Source: Candidatus Poribacteria bacterium
Lineage (GTDB): Bacteria; Poribacteria; WGA-4E; WGA-3G
Direction: 5' to 3'
Assembly (NCBI GenBank): GCA_965205025.1
Contig: CBDBFU010000007.1
Coordinates: forward strand, 166,705 to 230,704
DNA length: 64,000 bases
Below are positions 20,324 through 30,168 of this stretch, in pieces. The notes under the pieces were generated by a model. It saw only the letters and a list, made by a program, of their open reading frames with translations. It was not told the DNA's origin and did not search any database. The number at the start of each line of letters is the position of its first letter. Within the stretch, counting starts at the first letter, position 1. A program made the translations under genes and the position numbers.

Positions 20324-20556
20324 CATAGCACTCCGCTGGAGTGCGGGCCTGTTTGGTTCTTATTTCTATAGACATATCACGCCGCTGGCGTGAGGAGACA
20401 GCGTAAGGTCAATGTAGTTAGTTCTCTATTGATTGCATCTAACAAACGGATAAGTTGTGGGTCTTGCTCCAGCGGAGCAATATGTCTATAGCAGTGAAAC
20501 ATAGCAATCCCGTACTCCAGCGGAGTGCTATGTCTAAAATTGTCCAAACTATAGTA
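20324..20556. repeat. Inverted REP pairs (CTCCGCTGGAG family) ending in a CTAT-MITE right end
   Basis: Two forward and two reverse hairpins, then TGTCCAAACTATAGTA. Confidence 0.65.
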
Positions 20557-20651
20557 TAATTAGTGAACGATATAGTATTATAACATTTTGTTTATATTTT
20601 GACAATTATATTTAATTTATTTTATGTTATTGTGATATATGTGTGTTAGTT

Positions 20652-20773
20652 CAGGGCTTACACAACTTAATTAGAAAAAGGTAAAATTTGACTTAAAAAG
20701 CCGTCATTTCGTTGTTTTAACCCCCTAAATCCCCCTTATCAGGGGGACTTTAAGATGAAATGCGTAAGTCCTG
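20652..20773. mobile_element. MITE, CAGGACTTACGCA family
   Basis: TIR CAGGGCTTACACA/TGCGTAAGTCCTG, internal CCCCCTTATCAGGGGG hairpin; inverted near-copy at 45756-45878. Confidence 0.78.
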
Positions 20774-20845
20774 TCTTATTCAGGGAGTACATTGGTCTAT
20801 TTGTTGAGAACGATACATTACATTTTCGAGTATATGTATTGGATT

Positions 20846-20876
20846 TCGACCTTATACAAAAACTGTATAAGGTCGA
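20846..20876. terminator. Hairpin/terminator downstream of oxidoreductase gene
   Basis: TCGACCTTATACA/TGTATAAGGTCGA stem. Confidence 0.6.
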
Positions 20877-20910
20877 TTGATCCTGATTCAATTACAACTA
20901 AGAATAACGT

Positions 20911-21882
20911 TTATTCTAAGGATACCTTCGTCTTATCACGGGCAGATTCATAAGTAGCGAGAACAACTGCTACTGCAGCCTTACCACCCCTTGCATCAAT
21001 CATTGGTGTTTTGTTATCTCGGATACAGTTTACGAAATGGGTAAGTTCACCAACTACGTGGCTTGGTCCAGAACGGTCAGGAACAATCTCCTGCCATTCG
21101 CTGTCCCCTCGTTTTTTGAGGTATGCAAGATCCGCCCCCATATCAAGTCGGAGAGATCCTTCGGAACCATCAATAATTGTGTCATTTGTACCACGAGCAC
21201 CCAGAAAACCACCCCAACGCAGGATACCAACTGTTCCAGTATCATAACGTATCAAGGAAACCGTATAGTCCTCCCAATCGTCATGTCCAGAAAAACTTCC
21301 CACTTCTGCTGCCACAGTCAGAGGATTTCCTCCGTACCAGTTGATTAGATCAGATTTATGGATACCATTCTCTAACAGTCCACCCACTGTGCCATACCAA
21401 CTATCGGGACGATTACGTGGCGCATTGTAGGGACCAGTATAGTCTGTTTCTATATAGGTGATTTCACCTATTTCACCATCATCAACCAATTGTCTACCGA
21501 GTTCGTGAACAGGATAAAAGCGGAGCACTTGTCCAACCATAGTGTGTGTTCCTGCTTTATCTGCAGCCTCAATTATCTGGTCCGATTCCTCAAGTGTGAG
21601 AGTCAGTGGTTTTTCACAAAATGCATGAATACCTGCTTCCGCAGCGTCTATCATAACTTTTGTATGAGCAATAGGTGGGGTAGCAACAACAACACCATCA
21701 ACCAGAGGAAATAGTTCATTATAGTCTTCAAAAGCACGTATATTATGTTGTTCGGCAACGGCTTTTGCCGCGTCAAGTCGTAAATCAGCAACACCTACGA
21801 ATTCACAATTTTCTACATTTGGGAGTGAGTTACAATGGGAATTCCCCATACCTCCAACTCCAATAACGCCTATTCGGATCAT
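20911..21882 (-). CDS. Gfo/Idh/MocA family oxidoreductase
   Basis: GVIGVGGMG, CEKP, GG.LENGIH. Confidence 0.92.
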   Translation of the reverse strand: MIRIGVIGVGGMGNSHCNSLPNVENCEFVGVADLRLDAAKAVAEQHNIRAFEDYNELFPLVDGVVVATPPIAHTKVMIDAAEAGIHAFCEKPLTLTLEESDQIIEAADKAGTHTMVGQVLRFYPVHELGRQLVDDGEIGEITYIETDYTGPYNAPRNRPDSWYGTVGGLLENGIHKSDLINWYGGNPLTVAAEVGSFSGHDDWEDYTVSLIRYDTGTVGILRWGGFLGARGTNDTIIDGSEGSLRLDMGADLAYLKKRGDSEWQEIVPDRSGPSHVVGELTHFVNCIRDNKTPMIDARGGKAAVAVVLATYESARDKTKVSLE

Positions 21883-21983
21883 CTGTTTTTCCTTTATAGA
21901 ATGGGTTAGAATCAGTTTGAATAGAGAATATACCTTAATGTACTGTTACTGTCAATTAGTTAATAATCACGATAAATCATAAT

Positions 21984-22667
21984 TTATACATTATTAAGTG
22001 CACTACGGCTTTTTAATAGCCAAATGATAATAGAAATAGAAATTGCTATTCCAAAACCAAAGAGGAATAACCGAGTATGAATAGAGATTTTGTCTCCCAA
22101 GAATGTGTACACGGCAGTAGCTGGGAGTTGACCTATACCAGTGGCTACCCAAAAACCTATAAAACGCATCCGCGTTAATCCTGCTACATAACTCACAACA
22201 TCAAAAGGAATGTAAGGGAGCAACCGTGCTATAAGAATTGCATGACTACCGTATTTTTTCAGGAATTCGTCAGTTTTATCAACTAAAGGTTGGCTAAGAA
22301 AACGATCAACATGCTTTGCACCAAGAAACCGCGCAATGTAAAAACAGATCGCTGCTCCAAGCATCGCACTACTCCAAGATAGCAACATTCCCCAACAAAA
22401 TCCAAACAGTGCTCCATTTGCTACTGTTATGAAGAACGCCGGCAAAGGTACAATTGCTATTATACTTTGAAAAATCATAAGGAATGCGGAGATAAGTGGG
22501 GCAAATATTCCATACTGCGATATGTAATCACGCGCAGAATCAATGCTTTTGAAGGCAGCAACGAGTTCTATGATAAATAAGCTAACTTCTTTATAGAATA
22601 CAATCAGACAAATGGATACAACACAGATGAGGAGAATAAGGATAAATCGTAAATAGTGTCTAAACAT
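21984..22667 (-). CDS. TVP38/TMEM64 (VTT/DedA-like) membrane protein
   Basis: PAF..T.ANGALFG, RLLPYIPFDVVSY.AG. Confidence 0.88.
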   Translation of the reverse strand: MFRHYLRFILILLICVVSICLIVFYKEVSLFIIELVAAFKSIDSARDYISQYGIFAPLISAFLMIFQSIIAIVPLPAFFITVANGALFGFCWGMLLSWSSAMLGAAICFYIARFLGAKHVDRFLSQPLVDKTDEFLKKYGSHAILIARLLPYIPFDVVSYVAGLTRMRFIGFWVATGIGQLPATAVYTFLGDKISIHTRLFLFGFGIAISISIIIWLLKSRSALNNV

Positions 22668-23598
22668 TTTGAATCGCTTTGATCAAAGCCTGATTCATCC
22701 GATTACGAAGTGTTTCCTGCTTTTCCTCTGTCCATTCATAGAATCCCTCACCCGATTTTACACCGAGTTTACCAGACGAAACCATTTCTTGTAGAAGAGG
22801 ATTAATATCTGATGAACTATTCAGATCTTTGTAAAGTTCCTCAAATGCAGCAACCACCAAATCCCACCCCGCAAGTTCGAATACTTCAAAAGGTCCAGCC
22901 ACACTAAGCCGTCTCCCGAAACTATTTCGCACAACAAGGTCAACAGTTTCTGCACTTGCTATACCTTGTTCGACTATTGAGAACGCCTCTCGAATAAGTG
23001 CCGCCTGCAGCCTCGGTCCGACAAAACCAAGTGCTTCCTTTTCAATAATTGCTGGTGTCTTGCCTATTGATGTAAGTAAATCGAAAGTAGCTGAAACCGT
23101 TTCGTCAGATGTGTTTGAACTACGGATGATCTCAACAAGTGGAATAAGATAGGGAGGGTTAAAATAGTGTGTGTTGAGAATTTTATCTGTACGGTTCGTA
23201 TTTTCACCAATCTGACTCGGCATCAGAGCAGTTGTATTGCTGGCTAAAATGGTATGTGGAGGACAGATATTATCTAATTCCTTAAAAATCTGCTGTTTTA
23301 AGGGTAAGTTTTCGCTGACTGCCTCAACAACAAAATCTGCATTTTCCACTGCAATTTTCAGATCAGTCGTTGTATGAATATGCTGCAATGTTTCTGGGAT
23401 GTGGTCTTTATCAATGATGTCATTTTCTGCGAGCATCCTAAGATTGTTCTCGATTTGTATACGAGCACTGCTTAATTGTTCTTCGGTAATGTCGTGCAGT
23501 TGAACACGGTAACCTGCGGAGGCAAATTCTTGCGCGATACCGTGTCCCATCAGACCGGCACCGATAACTGCGATGTGTTCGATTTTACTATGTTTCAT
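22660..23598 (-). CDS. 3-hydroxyacyl-CoA dehydrogenase family protein
   Basis: GAGLMGHG, EAVSENL.LK, ASNT, HYFNPP, GKLGVKSGEGFY. Confidence 0.92.
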   Translation of the reverse strand: MKHSKIEHIAVIGAGLMGHGIAQEFASAGYRVQLHDITEEQLSSARIQIENNLRMLAENDIIDKDHIPETLQHIHTTTDLKIAVENADFVVEAVSENLPLKQQIFKELDNICPPHTILASNTTALMPSQIGENTNRTDKILNTHYFNPPYLIPLVEIIRSSNTSDETVSATFDLLTSIGKTPAIIEKEALGFVGPRLQAALIREAFSIVEQGIASAETVDLVVRNSFGRRLSVAGPFEVFELAGWDLVVAAFEELYKDLNSSSDINPLLQEMVSSGKLGVKSGEGFYEWTEEKQETLRNRMNQALIKAIQNV

Positions 23599-23713
23599 AT
23601 ATGGTTAATAAAGGTAGTTGTTATATTAGAATATACTATAATTTGGATAGTTTTTTAAAGTTTTCAGGTTGGTCTTGATTAACAGAACTGGTCATATCAA
23701 TGTTATCCTATGG

Positions 23714-24026
23714 ATACACCTTTCGCCCCTCTGGGGCTTGATCGGTGGAGTTACACCGTTTTCTACAAACCTTTCGCCCCGCTGGGGCTTAGTGTTTAGG
23801 ATTTGTACGTTTTCTATACACCTTTCGCCCCTCTGGGGCTTGATCGGTGGAGTTACACCGTTTTCTACAAACCTTTCGCCCCGCTGGGGCTTAGTGTTTA
23901 GGATTTGTACGTTTTCTATACACCTTTCGCCCCTCTGGGGCTTGATCGGTGGAGTTACACCGTTTTCTACAAACCTTTCGCCCCGCGAATCAACGGTATG
24001 AATGCGCGTATGGCATTCCCCGGGGC
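23714..24026 (+). repeat. Tandem REP array (ACACCTTTCGCCCC(G/T)CTGGGGC), 6 units, alternating linkers
   Basis: ~51-52 bp units, 103-bp higher-order period; last unit carries the 35-bp element. Confidence 0.88.
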
Positions 24027-24070
24027 TGTTCTTATTTGTATATGACAGATTTTCTACAAGTTAATACCCT

Positions 24071-24291
24071 TACTATTGTTTGGACATATTCTGAGAGGTG
24101 CTTCACCTATTTCTAATTGTTTCTGGTTTTTTGCCACATTTCTAACGTCAATCCAAAGTCAGAGAAATAACTCGGATGGACTAAAGTGTAGCCCCAGCGG
24201 GGCGAAATGTGTGTAGAAAGGCCATACCTCCCAAGGTCTAAGCCCCAGCGGGGCGAAATGTGTATCGCTTAAATCTGTCCAAACTATAGTA
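24071..24291. mobile_element. MITE, CTAT family (uninterrupted copy)
   Basis: TA-CTATTGTTTGGACA ... TGTCCAAACTATAG-TA; two reverse REPs inside; homologous to 57255-57719. Confidence 0.78.
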
Positions 24292-24309
24292 GAATATAGA
24301 ATTTTGTGG

Positions 24310-25011
24310 TTAATCCTTATACAATTTACTCCCAATAATGACAGTGAATTCACCCCGTGCTTCCGTTGAACGAAACTTCTCTAAAGCTTGTGTTGTCTTA
24401 CCACGGAAAATCTCCTCATATCGTTTTGTAAGTTCACGTGCAATAACAATATCTCGTTCACCCATCACCTCACTAACATCTTCCAGTAAACGGCAAATCC
24501 GATGGGGTGATTCAAACAAAACTATTGTCCGTTCTTCATCTGCAAGGTTTGTTAATTGACGTTTGCGTTTTCCAGACTTTGGTGATAGGAAACCCTCAAA
24601 GGTAAAGTTATGGAGTGGTAGTCCTGAGACAGTTGCAGCAGCAAGAATTGCGGATGCCCCCGGTATCGGCACGATAGATACATCGGCTTTGATACATTCT
24701 TGTAGAAGCGGGTATCCTGGATCGGATATAGTCGGAGTTCCAGCATCTGATACCAGGGCAATAGATTCACCATCTTTTAGCCGTGCAATAAGTTTTTCAG
24801 ATTTCGCGTGTTGATTTCCCTCAAAATAACTGGTAACAGATGTGTCAATTTCATAATGTGTTAGCAAGCGACGGGTTATTCGTGTATCTTCAGCTGCGAT
24901 TAGGTCTACCTCTTTGAGAATACGGATGGCCCGTAAGGTGATATCTTCTAAATTACCGATGGGTGTACTGACGAGATATAGTGTTCCGAAATCTGATTCA
25001 GTTGAAGGCAT
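24310..25011 (-). CDS. rsmI: 16S rRNA C1402 2'-O-methyltransferase
   Basis: STPIGNLEDIT.RA, AEDTR, SDAGTPTISDPG, FESPHR, ARELTK. Confidence 0.95.
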   Translation of the reverse strand: MPSTESDFGTLYLVSTPIGNLEDITLRAIRILKEVDLIAAEDTRITRRLLTHYEIDTSVTSYFEGNQHAKSEKLIARLKDGESIALVSDAGTPTISDPGYPLLQECIKADVSIVPIPGASAILAAATVSGLPLHNFTFEGFLSPKSGKRKRQLTNLADEERTIVLFESPHRICRLLEDVSEVMGERDIVIARELTKRYEEIFRGKTTQALEKFRSTEARGEFTVIIGSKLYKD

Positions 25012-25103
25012 TGATTTATAGACAATTTGATATATAGTGAACAAAAAAGTTAATACTACTTTTTCTATTGATTCAACATACGTTTGCGTCCCACACCTCT
25101 TCT

Positions 25104-25145
25104 GTAGGAGCGACCTCCTGGTCGCGACCGGGAGGTCGCTCCTAC
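25104..25145. repeat. GTAG-type REP doublet (near-perfect 42-bp palindrome)
   Basis: GTAGGAGCGACCTCCTGGTCGCGACCGGGAGGTCGCTCCTAC; related copies at 36054, 36094, 53495. Confidence 0.8.
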
Positions 25146-25404
25146 TCTATATGCTTTTGACAGGAATTAAAGGTAGTCAAGTAAAGTTGATTGAGATAGT
25201 ATTTTAGCAGAGAAATAGTCATTATGCAAGTAGCGGAGACCGACAGGGTGTGTAAAGTTTTTGTCACTAACATTATGCTGCTATTGCATCTGGATACCAA
25301 TGATTATCCCAATAAGATTGACTTTAAAGCAGTATTAAAGTATAATACATTCCAATGAAATGATACTAATCTAATATATATCAAGTAGTATTTCCGTAAT
25401 ATAA

Positions 25405-25551
25405 TACCATTTTTAATTGATGATTACTCATTACTAATTGAAGAAACCCCCTAAAGAATCAACGGTATGAATGCCTTAGGGCATTCCCCGCCCCTTATCA
25501 GGGGGACTTCTAAGAGTGATCGTAATGTGAACTGTTTAAATAGAAATGGTA
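25405..25551. mobile_element. MITE, TACC family, containing the 35-bp element
   Basis: TACCATTTTT...AGAAATGGTA with TAA flanks; 35-bp element at 25456-25490. Confidence 0.75.
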
Positions 25552-25574
25552 TAATACGCCTATCGGGGAAAGAA

Positions 25575-25819
25575 ATGGCAACAATTATAAAACATAATAC
25601 CACTGGAAAGACTTACTGCTTACTCGGCACAGTTTTGGTGCCTACCAATCTTCAAAACCAAATATGTTTTTAGGGAATTGGATGGCAGATGTTGCTGAAG
25701 GTCAATATGCAATGGTTTGTGTCTGTGATAAACAAGGAAAAGTTAGTTGGATACAAGCTGAAAATGTGTCCGTTGTAAGCGTTGATGGACAGAATGTAAG
25801 TGAACTCCCCTTAACATAG
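25575..25819 (+). pseudogene. Frameshifted small hypothetical gene (~81 aa if repaired)
   Basis: MATIIKHNTTGKTYCLLGT continues as GFGAYQSSKPN...VSVVSVDGQNVSELPLT* if one base is added near 25631. Confidence 0.6.
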
Positions 25820-25895
25820 AGTCATTGTGAAAAACTTCACTCTCATATCAGATCAATATCCCAACCTGACTTCACGAAAGGAAATGTAGAAGCGA

Positions 25896-26480
25896 ATGGA
25901 TTTACAGCAGATTAATATCAAGGTTTATACAACTGAAGATAGTTTGATTAACTATACAAACTTCATCAAGATATTCAACCGTTGGATGGAAGAAGCCGAT
26001 GCCGATTCTGAGGATTACCTCAACTACGCTGATTATTCACATGTTGATGCCGGACCAGGTGTACTGTTGATTCTCAAACAGGCGAACTATAGTATTGATA
26101 ATGCGTATCATGAGCCAGGATTTCTCTACAATCGGAAGCATGATGTTGAAGGTGAAAACGCAGATAAAATTCGGGATGCTTTGGCAGAAACACTTTCTAA
26201 ATGTGAACTACTGGAAGCCTCTGAAGAATTGGAGAATGCTATCCATTTTAACGGTTCAGAAATCCTATTTATGATTAATAATCGCAATCTTGCCCCGAAT
26301 ACAGCAGATACAGCAGCATCTGTTCAATCCGTTCTGGAACCAGTCTTACAGAAGATGTATGGTGATGACGATTTCACGATAGAGCGTACATCTGAAGATT
26401 CACGCGAACGTTTTGCAGTGCGTATCTCCGCTAACTCAGATAAATCAATTTCAGACCTTCTCTCCAATCTCGGAGGATAA
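25896..26480 (+). CDS. Hypothetical protein
   Basis: 194-aa ORF with coding-like composition, 1 bp upstream of moeB. Confidence 0.8.
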   Translation: MDLQQINIKVYTTEDSLINYTNFIKIFNRWMEEADADSEDYLNYADYSHVDAGPGVLLILKQANYSIDNAYHEPGFLYNRKHDVEGENADKIRDALAETLSKCELLEASEELENAIHFNGSEILFMINNRNLAPNTADTAASVQSVLEPVLQKMYGDDDFTIERTSEDSRERFAVRISANSDKSISDLLSNLGG

Positions 26481-26481
26481 T

Positions 26482-27288
26482 ATGTTAAACTTTACGAATG
26501 AACAGATAGAGCGGTATAGCAGGCACATTATCCTAAAAGAGGTAGGTGGATTAGGACAGACCCGTCTCCTTGAATCTAAAGTATTGCTGATTGGAGCAGG
26601 TGGACTTGGATCACCTATCGGGGTTTATCTTGCTGCAGCTGGCGTTGGCACACTCGGAATTATAGATGACGATGTGGTAGATCTCAGCAATTTACAACGA
26701 CAGATCTTACACGGCACGAGCGATATTGGCACACTGAAAACAAAATCAGCTGAAGCCACGATTACTGAAATGAATCCTGATGTAAAAGTTATCCCACATA
26801 ACGAACGTATTAACTCAGAAAACGCTTTTAGCATCTTGGAACAGTACGACCTGATTGTGGACGGATGCGATAACTTCCCCACTCGCTATCTTATTAACGA
26901 TGCCTGTGTGATGTTAGGCAAACCGATTGTACATGGTAGTATTTTCCAGTTCGAAGGACAAGTCACAGTTCTATATCCAAATAAAGGTCCGTGTTATCGA
27001 TGTATCTTTCCTGAACCGCCACCACAAGGTTTAGCCCCCAGTTGCCAAGAAGCAGGTGTTTTCGGCGTGTTACCCGGTATCATAGGTACAATTCAAGCCG
27101 TTGAGGCGATTAAGATTCTCTTAGATATCGGTGAATCGTTGATCAGTACACTCTTACTCTTCAATGCATTGACAATGGATTTCAAACGGATGAAACTGCG
27201 TCAAGATGAAAACTGTCCGATGTGCGGTGAGAATCCTACCATTACAGAATTAATCGATTATGAAGAATTCTGTGAAGTGCGATGGTAG
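26482..27288 (+). CDS. moeB: MoeB/ThiF-family adenylyltransferase
   Basis: RYSRH, GAGGLG, SNLQRQ, DNFPTR, CYRC, SCQEAGV, CPMC; GGAGG RBS. Confidence 0.9.
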   Translation: MLNFTNEQIERYSRHIILKEVGGLGQTRLLESKVLLIGAGGLGSPIGVYLAAAGVGTLGIIDDDVVDLSNLQRQILHGTSDIGTLKTKSAEATITEMNPDVKVIPHNERINSENAFSILEQYDLIVDGCDNFPTRYLINDACVMLGKPIVHGSIFQFEGQVTVLYPNKGPCYRCIFPEPPPQGLAPSCQEAGVFGVLPGIIGTIQAVEAIKILLDIGESLISTLLLFNALTMDFKRMKLRQDENCPMCGENPTITELIDYEEFCEVRW

Positions 27289-27305
27289 AGTGCGTCGTGA
27301 TATCA

Positions 27306-28073
27306 TTATTCCAGAACACCGCGACGAATCGGTGAATCAATAAACAGTGAATCCCCACCATCAATCGTTAATTCCAATCCTGTTACCCACGCTGCTTCAT
27401 CTGAACATAACCATAAAGCTGCATACGCTACATCAATTGGATTTCCAAGTCTTTCTAACTCCGGTGTTACAGGTGCAATATCCCCGTCTGGTAGCGGATC
27501 CCAAATAATCCCCGGACATAATGCGTGTACACGGATATTCTTTTCATACAATTCCTTGGCAAGGTTTTTGGCAGTTGCTACCATACCTGCCTTTGCTGCA
27601 GCGTAAGCGGCATTGGCATCTTGCCGTACTCTCGCACCTGCTGAAATAGTGATGATACATCCTCCACCCTGTTTCTCTAATATGGGAACAAGTCTACGAA
27701 CTGGATTGAAGAGTGTCTGCAAGTTGTTTTGCAGTGCTCCATCCCAATATGCAGGATCCATGGTGCTAATATCGTGTTCGGTAGAGAAAAAACCACCTGC
27801 GGCATGAATAAAACAATCAATGCCGCCATATTCGGTAATCACAGTGTCAATTAACGTGTCTACCTGATCGGCATCTGTGAGATCTGTCTGATGAATCAAT
27901 ACATCTTCGCTATTTGTACGAATACGTTCGGCTGTTTCCTTCATTTTATCTGTTGTCCGTGCAGCAAGAGCAATTTTTGCACCTTCTTGAGCAAATAGTA
28001 GTGCTGTGGCACGGCTCATATTTGAACCCGCACCTCCAAATAAAATAACCTTATCTTTAAGTCGCATTTCCAT
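27306..28073 (-). CDS. SDR family oxidoreductase
   Basis: YAAAK catalytic motif, VTG..LTIDGG. Confidence 0.9.
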   Translation of the reverse strand: MEMRLKDKVILFGGAGSNMSRATALLFAQEGAKIALAARTTDKMKETAERIRTNSEDVLIHQTDLTDADQVDTLIDTVITEYGGIDCFIHAAGGFFSTEHDISTMDPAYWDGALQNNLQTLFNPVRRLVPILEKQGGGCIITISAGARVRQDANAAYAAAKAGMVATAKNLAKELYEKNIRVHALCPGIIWDPLPDGDIAPVTPELERLGNPIDVAYAALWLCSDEAAWVTGLELTIDGGDSLFIDSPIRRGVLE

Positions 28074-28128
28074 TTCCTTCTATAGTATGATTTTTGTTCT
28101 CAATAATTTTAGTGAGTATGACTTGTTA

Positions 28129-28540
28129 TACCATTTTTATAGATTATTGTCTCATTAGGCGATTTTTATGGTAGTCATTTTTAGGTCACAAACTGAATGA
28201 AGATTAATATATTAATTCGGTATTATACGGGTTAAGGATACACCTTTCGCCCCGCAAATCAACGGTATGAATGCCTTATGGCATTCACCGGGGCTTAGGT
28301 TTAGTGGTTTAGTACGTTTTCTACACACCTTTCGCCCCGCAAATCAACGGTATGAATGCCTTATGGCATTCACCGGGGCTTAGGATATTGGTGATAACCA
28401 CTTCTATAGACATTCCGTCCCTACGGGACTCATTTGTTAATTGATCCGTTTTCTATAGACATTCCGTCCCTACGGGACTCAAAACCAATAAATCATAGTC
28501 TAAATTGACGCTAATGGTGCGGTTAGAAACCGCACCTACC
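28129..28540. mobile_element. Chimeric MITE/REP cluster
   Basis: TACC left end (28129), ATGAAG left end (28197), two 35-bp elements (28256, 28341), two GTCCCTACGGGAC hairpins, CTAAATTGACGCTAATG right end (28500-28516), GTAG REP. Confidence 0.75.
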
Positions 28541-28799
28541 AAGTCTATAAGAGCAATATTATTGAAAAAAATGAAGTTCATATTCCTATTATCAAACTCA
28601 GGTTTAATTACAATCTATATGGTGAAGTTAGCTATCTGTCGGCAATTTCAATACTCACTATGTGGTAGGAGACCCCTTGAAAACATACCATATATAGTAC
28701 GATGTGTCAAGTAGGGTTATTTAGTTGGGTGTGTAAAGTTTATGGCACCATAGGTGTTAATTTAGTGAGATATGTTTATTTTTATGTATGTTTGAGTTG

Positions 28800-29036
28800 T
28801 CTGAATCACAGATTACACAGATTACACAGATTACACAGATTACGCAGATAAGAGGGTTTGGAGAGGGGAAGGAGGAAGATCACAAACTAAAAGTTTGTGG
28901 TACAAAGAGGGAGTTATTCTGAATCACAGATTACACAGATTACGCGGATAAGAATGTTTGGAGAGGGAAGGCGTAAGATCACAAACTAAAAGTTTGTGGT
29001 ACAAAGAGGTGTTTTTTCTGAATCACGGCTTACGCA
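28800..29036 (-). repeat. 9-bp tandem repeats plus duplicated CACAAACT/AGTTTGTG hairpin units
   Basis: (CACAGATTA)n after CTGAAT; GATCACAAACTAAAAGTTTGTGGTACAAAGAGG twice. Confidence 0.8.
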
Positions 29037-29161
29037 GAGGAGAAGGGTTTATGTCTGCATGAATTTCTTTCAATTGAATACTGCTGAAAAATGTATAAGG
29101 TTTGATTGACAGTATGGATAGTACAAGTTATAATAAAGAAGATTATCAAAGGAGAATAGAA

Positions 29162-30163
29162 TTGAAACAAATCGCATTAACAGGAATTAAACCAACAGGA
29201 CAACCCCATATCGGCAATTACCTGGGTATGATTAAACCTGCTCTTGAACTTGCCAATCACTATCAGGCACTCTACTTTATTGCTGACTATCATGCCCTTA
29301 CAACTGTAAAAAAGAAGAAAGAATTAGAAGATTTAACCTATCAGGTAACAGCCACATGGCTGGCACTCGGTCTAAATCCGGACGATGTCATCTTCTACCG
29401 TCAGTCCGATATTCCAGAGGTATTCGAATTATCCTGGATACTCGCGTGTTTTACTGCTAAAGGATTGCTCAATCGTGCACACGCATACAAAACATTAGTT
29501 GACGAGAATGTGCAAGCAGACAGAGAGGAGGATAAAGGTATTAACACTGGACTTTATACCTATCCTGTATTGATGGCTGCAGACATTTTACTTTTTGATA
29601 CAAATGTTGTTCCTGTAGGTCTTGACCAACAACAGCATTTGGAGATCTCTCGTGATGTTGCTCTTACATTCAATAACAACTATCGGGAAGTCTTAGTTGT
29701 TCCTGACGCCTTAATACGGGAAGATGTAATGACTATTACTGGTCTTGATGGCAGGAAAATGAGTAAGAGTTATAACAACGTCATTCCGATCTTTGCGCCT
29801 TCTAATCAAGTTCGGAAACAGGTGATGCGTATTGTTACCGATTCTAAACGTCCTGAAGAACCGAAAGATCCAGACGAATGTAATATCTTCTCTATCTATC
29901 GTCATTTCGCTGATGCGGATGCTGTGGAAAACAAACGACAACTATACCTTGAAGGTGGGTTAGCGTATGGTGAGATGAAGAATGAATTGTATGAGTTGCT
30001 TGAAACTACTTTCTCTGATCAACGTGAACAGTATGACTCCTTAATGGAAAATCGTAAAGAATTGGATCAGGTGTTGGAAGCAGGCGCGGAAAAGGCGCGT
30101 TATATCGCAACACGTGTTTTAGGAAAAGTCCGCAAAGCAGTTGGCGTCACTGGAAAACGTTAA
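29162..30163 (+). CDS. trpS: Tryptophan--tRNA ligase
   Basis: TGIKPTG.PHIGNY (HIGH), YPVLMAADIL, KMSKS; TTG start after GGAG. Confidence 0.96.
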   Translation: MKQIALTGIKPTGQPHIGNYLGMIKPALELANHYQALYFIADYHALTTVKKKKELEDLTYQVTATWLALGLNPDDVIFYRQSDIPEVFELSWILACFTAKGLLNRAHAYKTLVDENVQADREEDKGINTGLYTYPVLMAADILLFDTNVVPVGLDQQQHLEISRDVALTFNNNYREVLVVPDALIREDVMTITGLDGRKMSKSYNNVIPIFAPSNQVRKQVMRIVTDSKRPEEPKDPDECNIFSIYRHFADADAVENKRQLYLEGGLAYGEMKNELYELLETTFSDQREQYDSLMENRKELDQVLEAGAEKARYIATRVLGKVRKAVGVTGKR

Positions 30164-30168
30164 ATTTA

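Noticed and set aside
19740-20371. Protein-coding status of ORFs 19740..20003, 19990..20271 and 20015..20371
   Set aside because: Low complexity, overlapping on both strands, no RBS or motif; not listed as CDS
23669-24001. ORFs with repeated HLSPRWG/PFAPLG peptides (also 30351, 30398, 41309, 41557, 42956, 57582, 60974, 61002, 18886)
   Set aside because: Translations of REP, 9-bp repeats and the 35-bp element, not genes
23714-24026. CRISPR array
   Set aside because: Linkers are only ~19 bp and alternate ABAB, the repeat is dispersed across many intergenic sites in both orientations, and no cas gene is in the window; better explained as a REP/BIME-like array
28550-29161. T-box riboswitch upstream of trpS
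   Set aside because: Region is occupied by repeats and no T-box consensus was recognised
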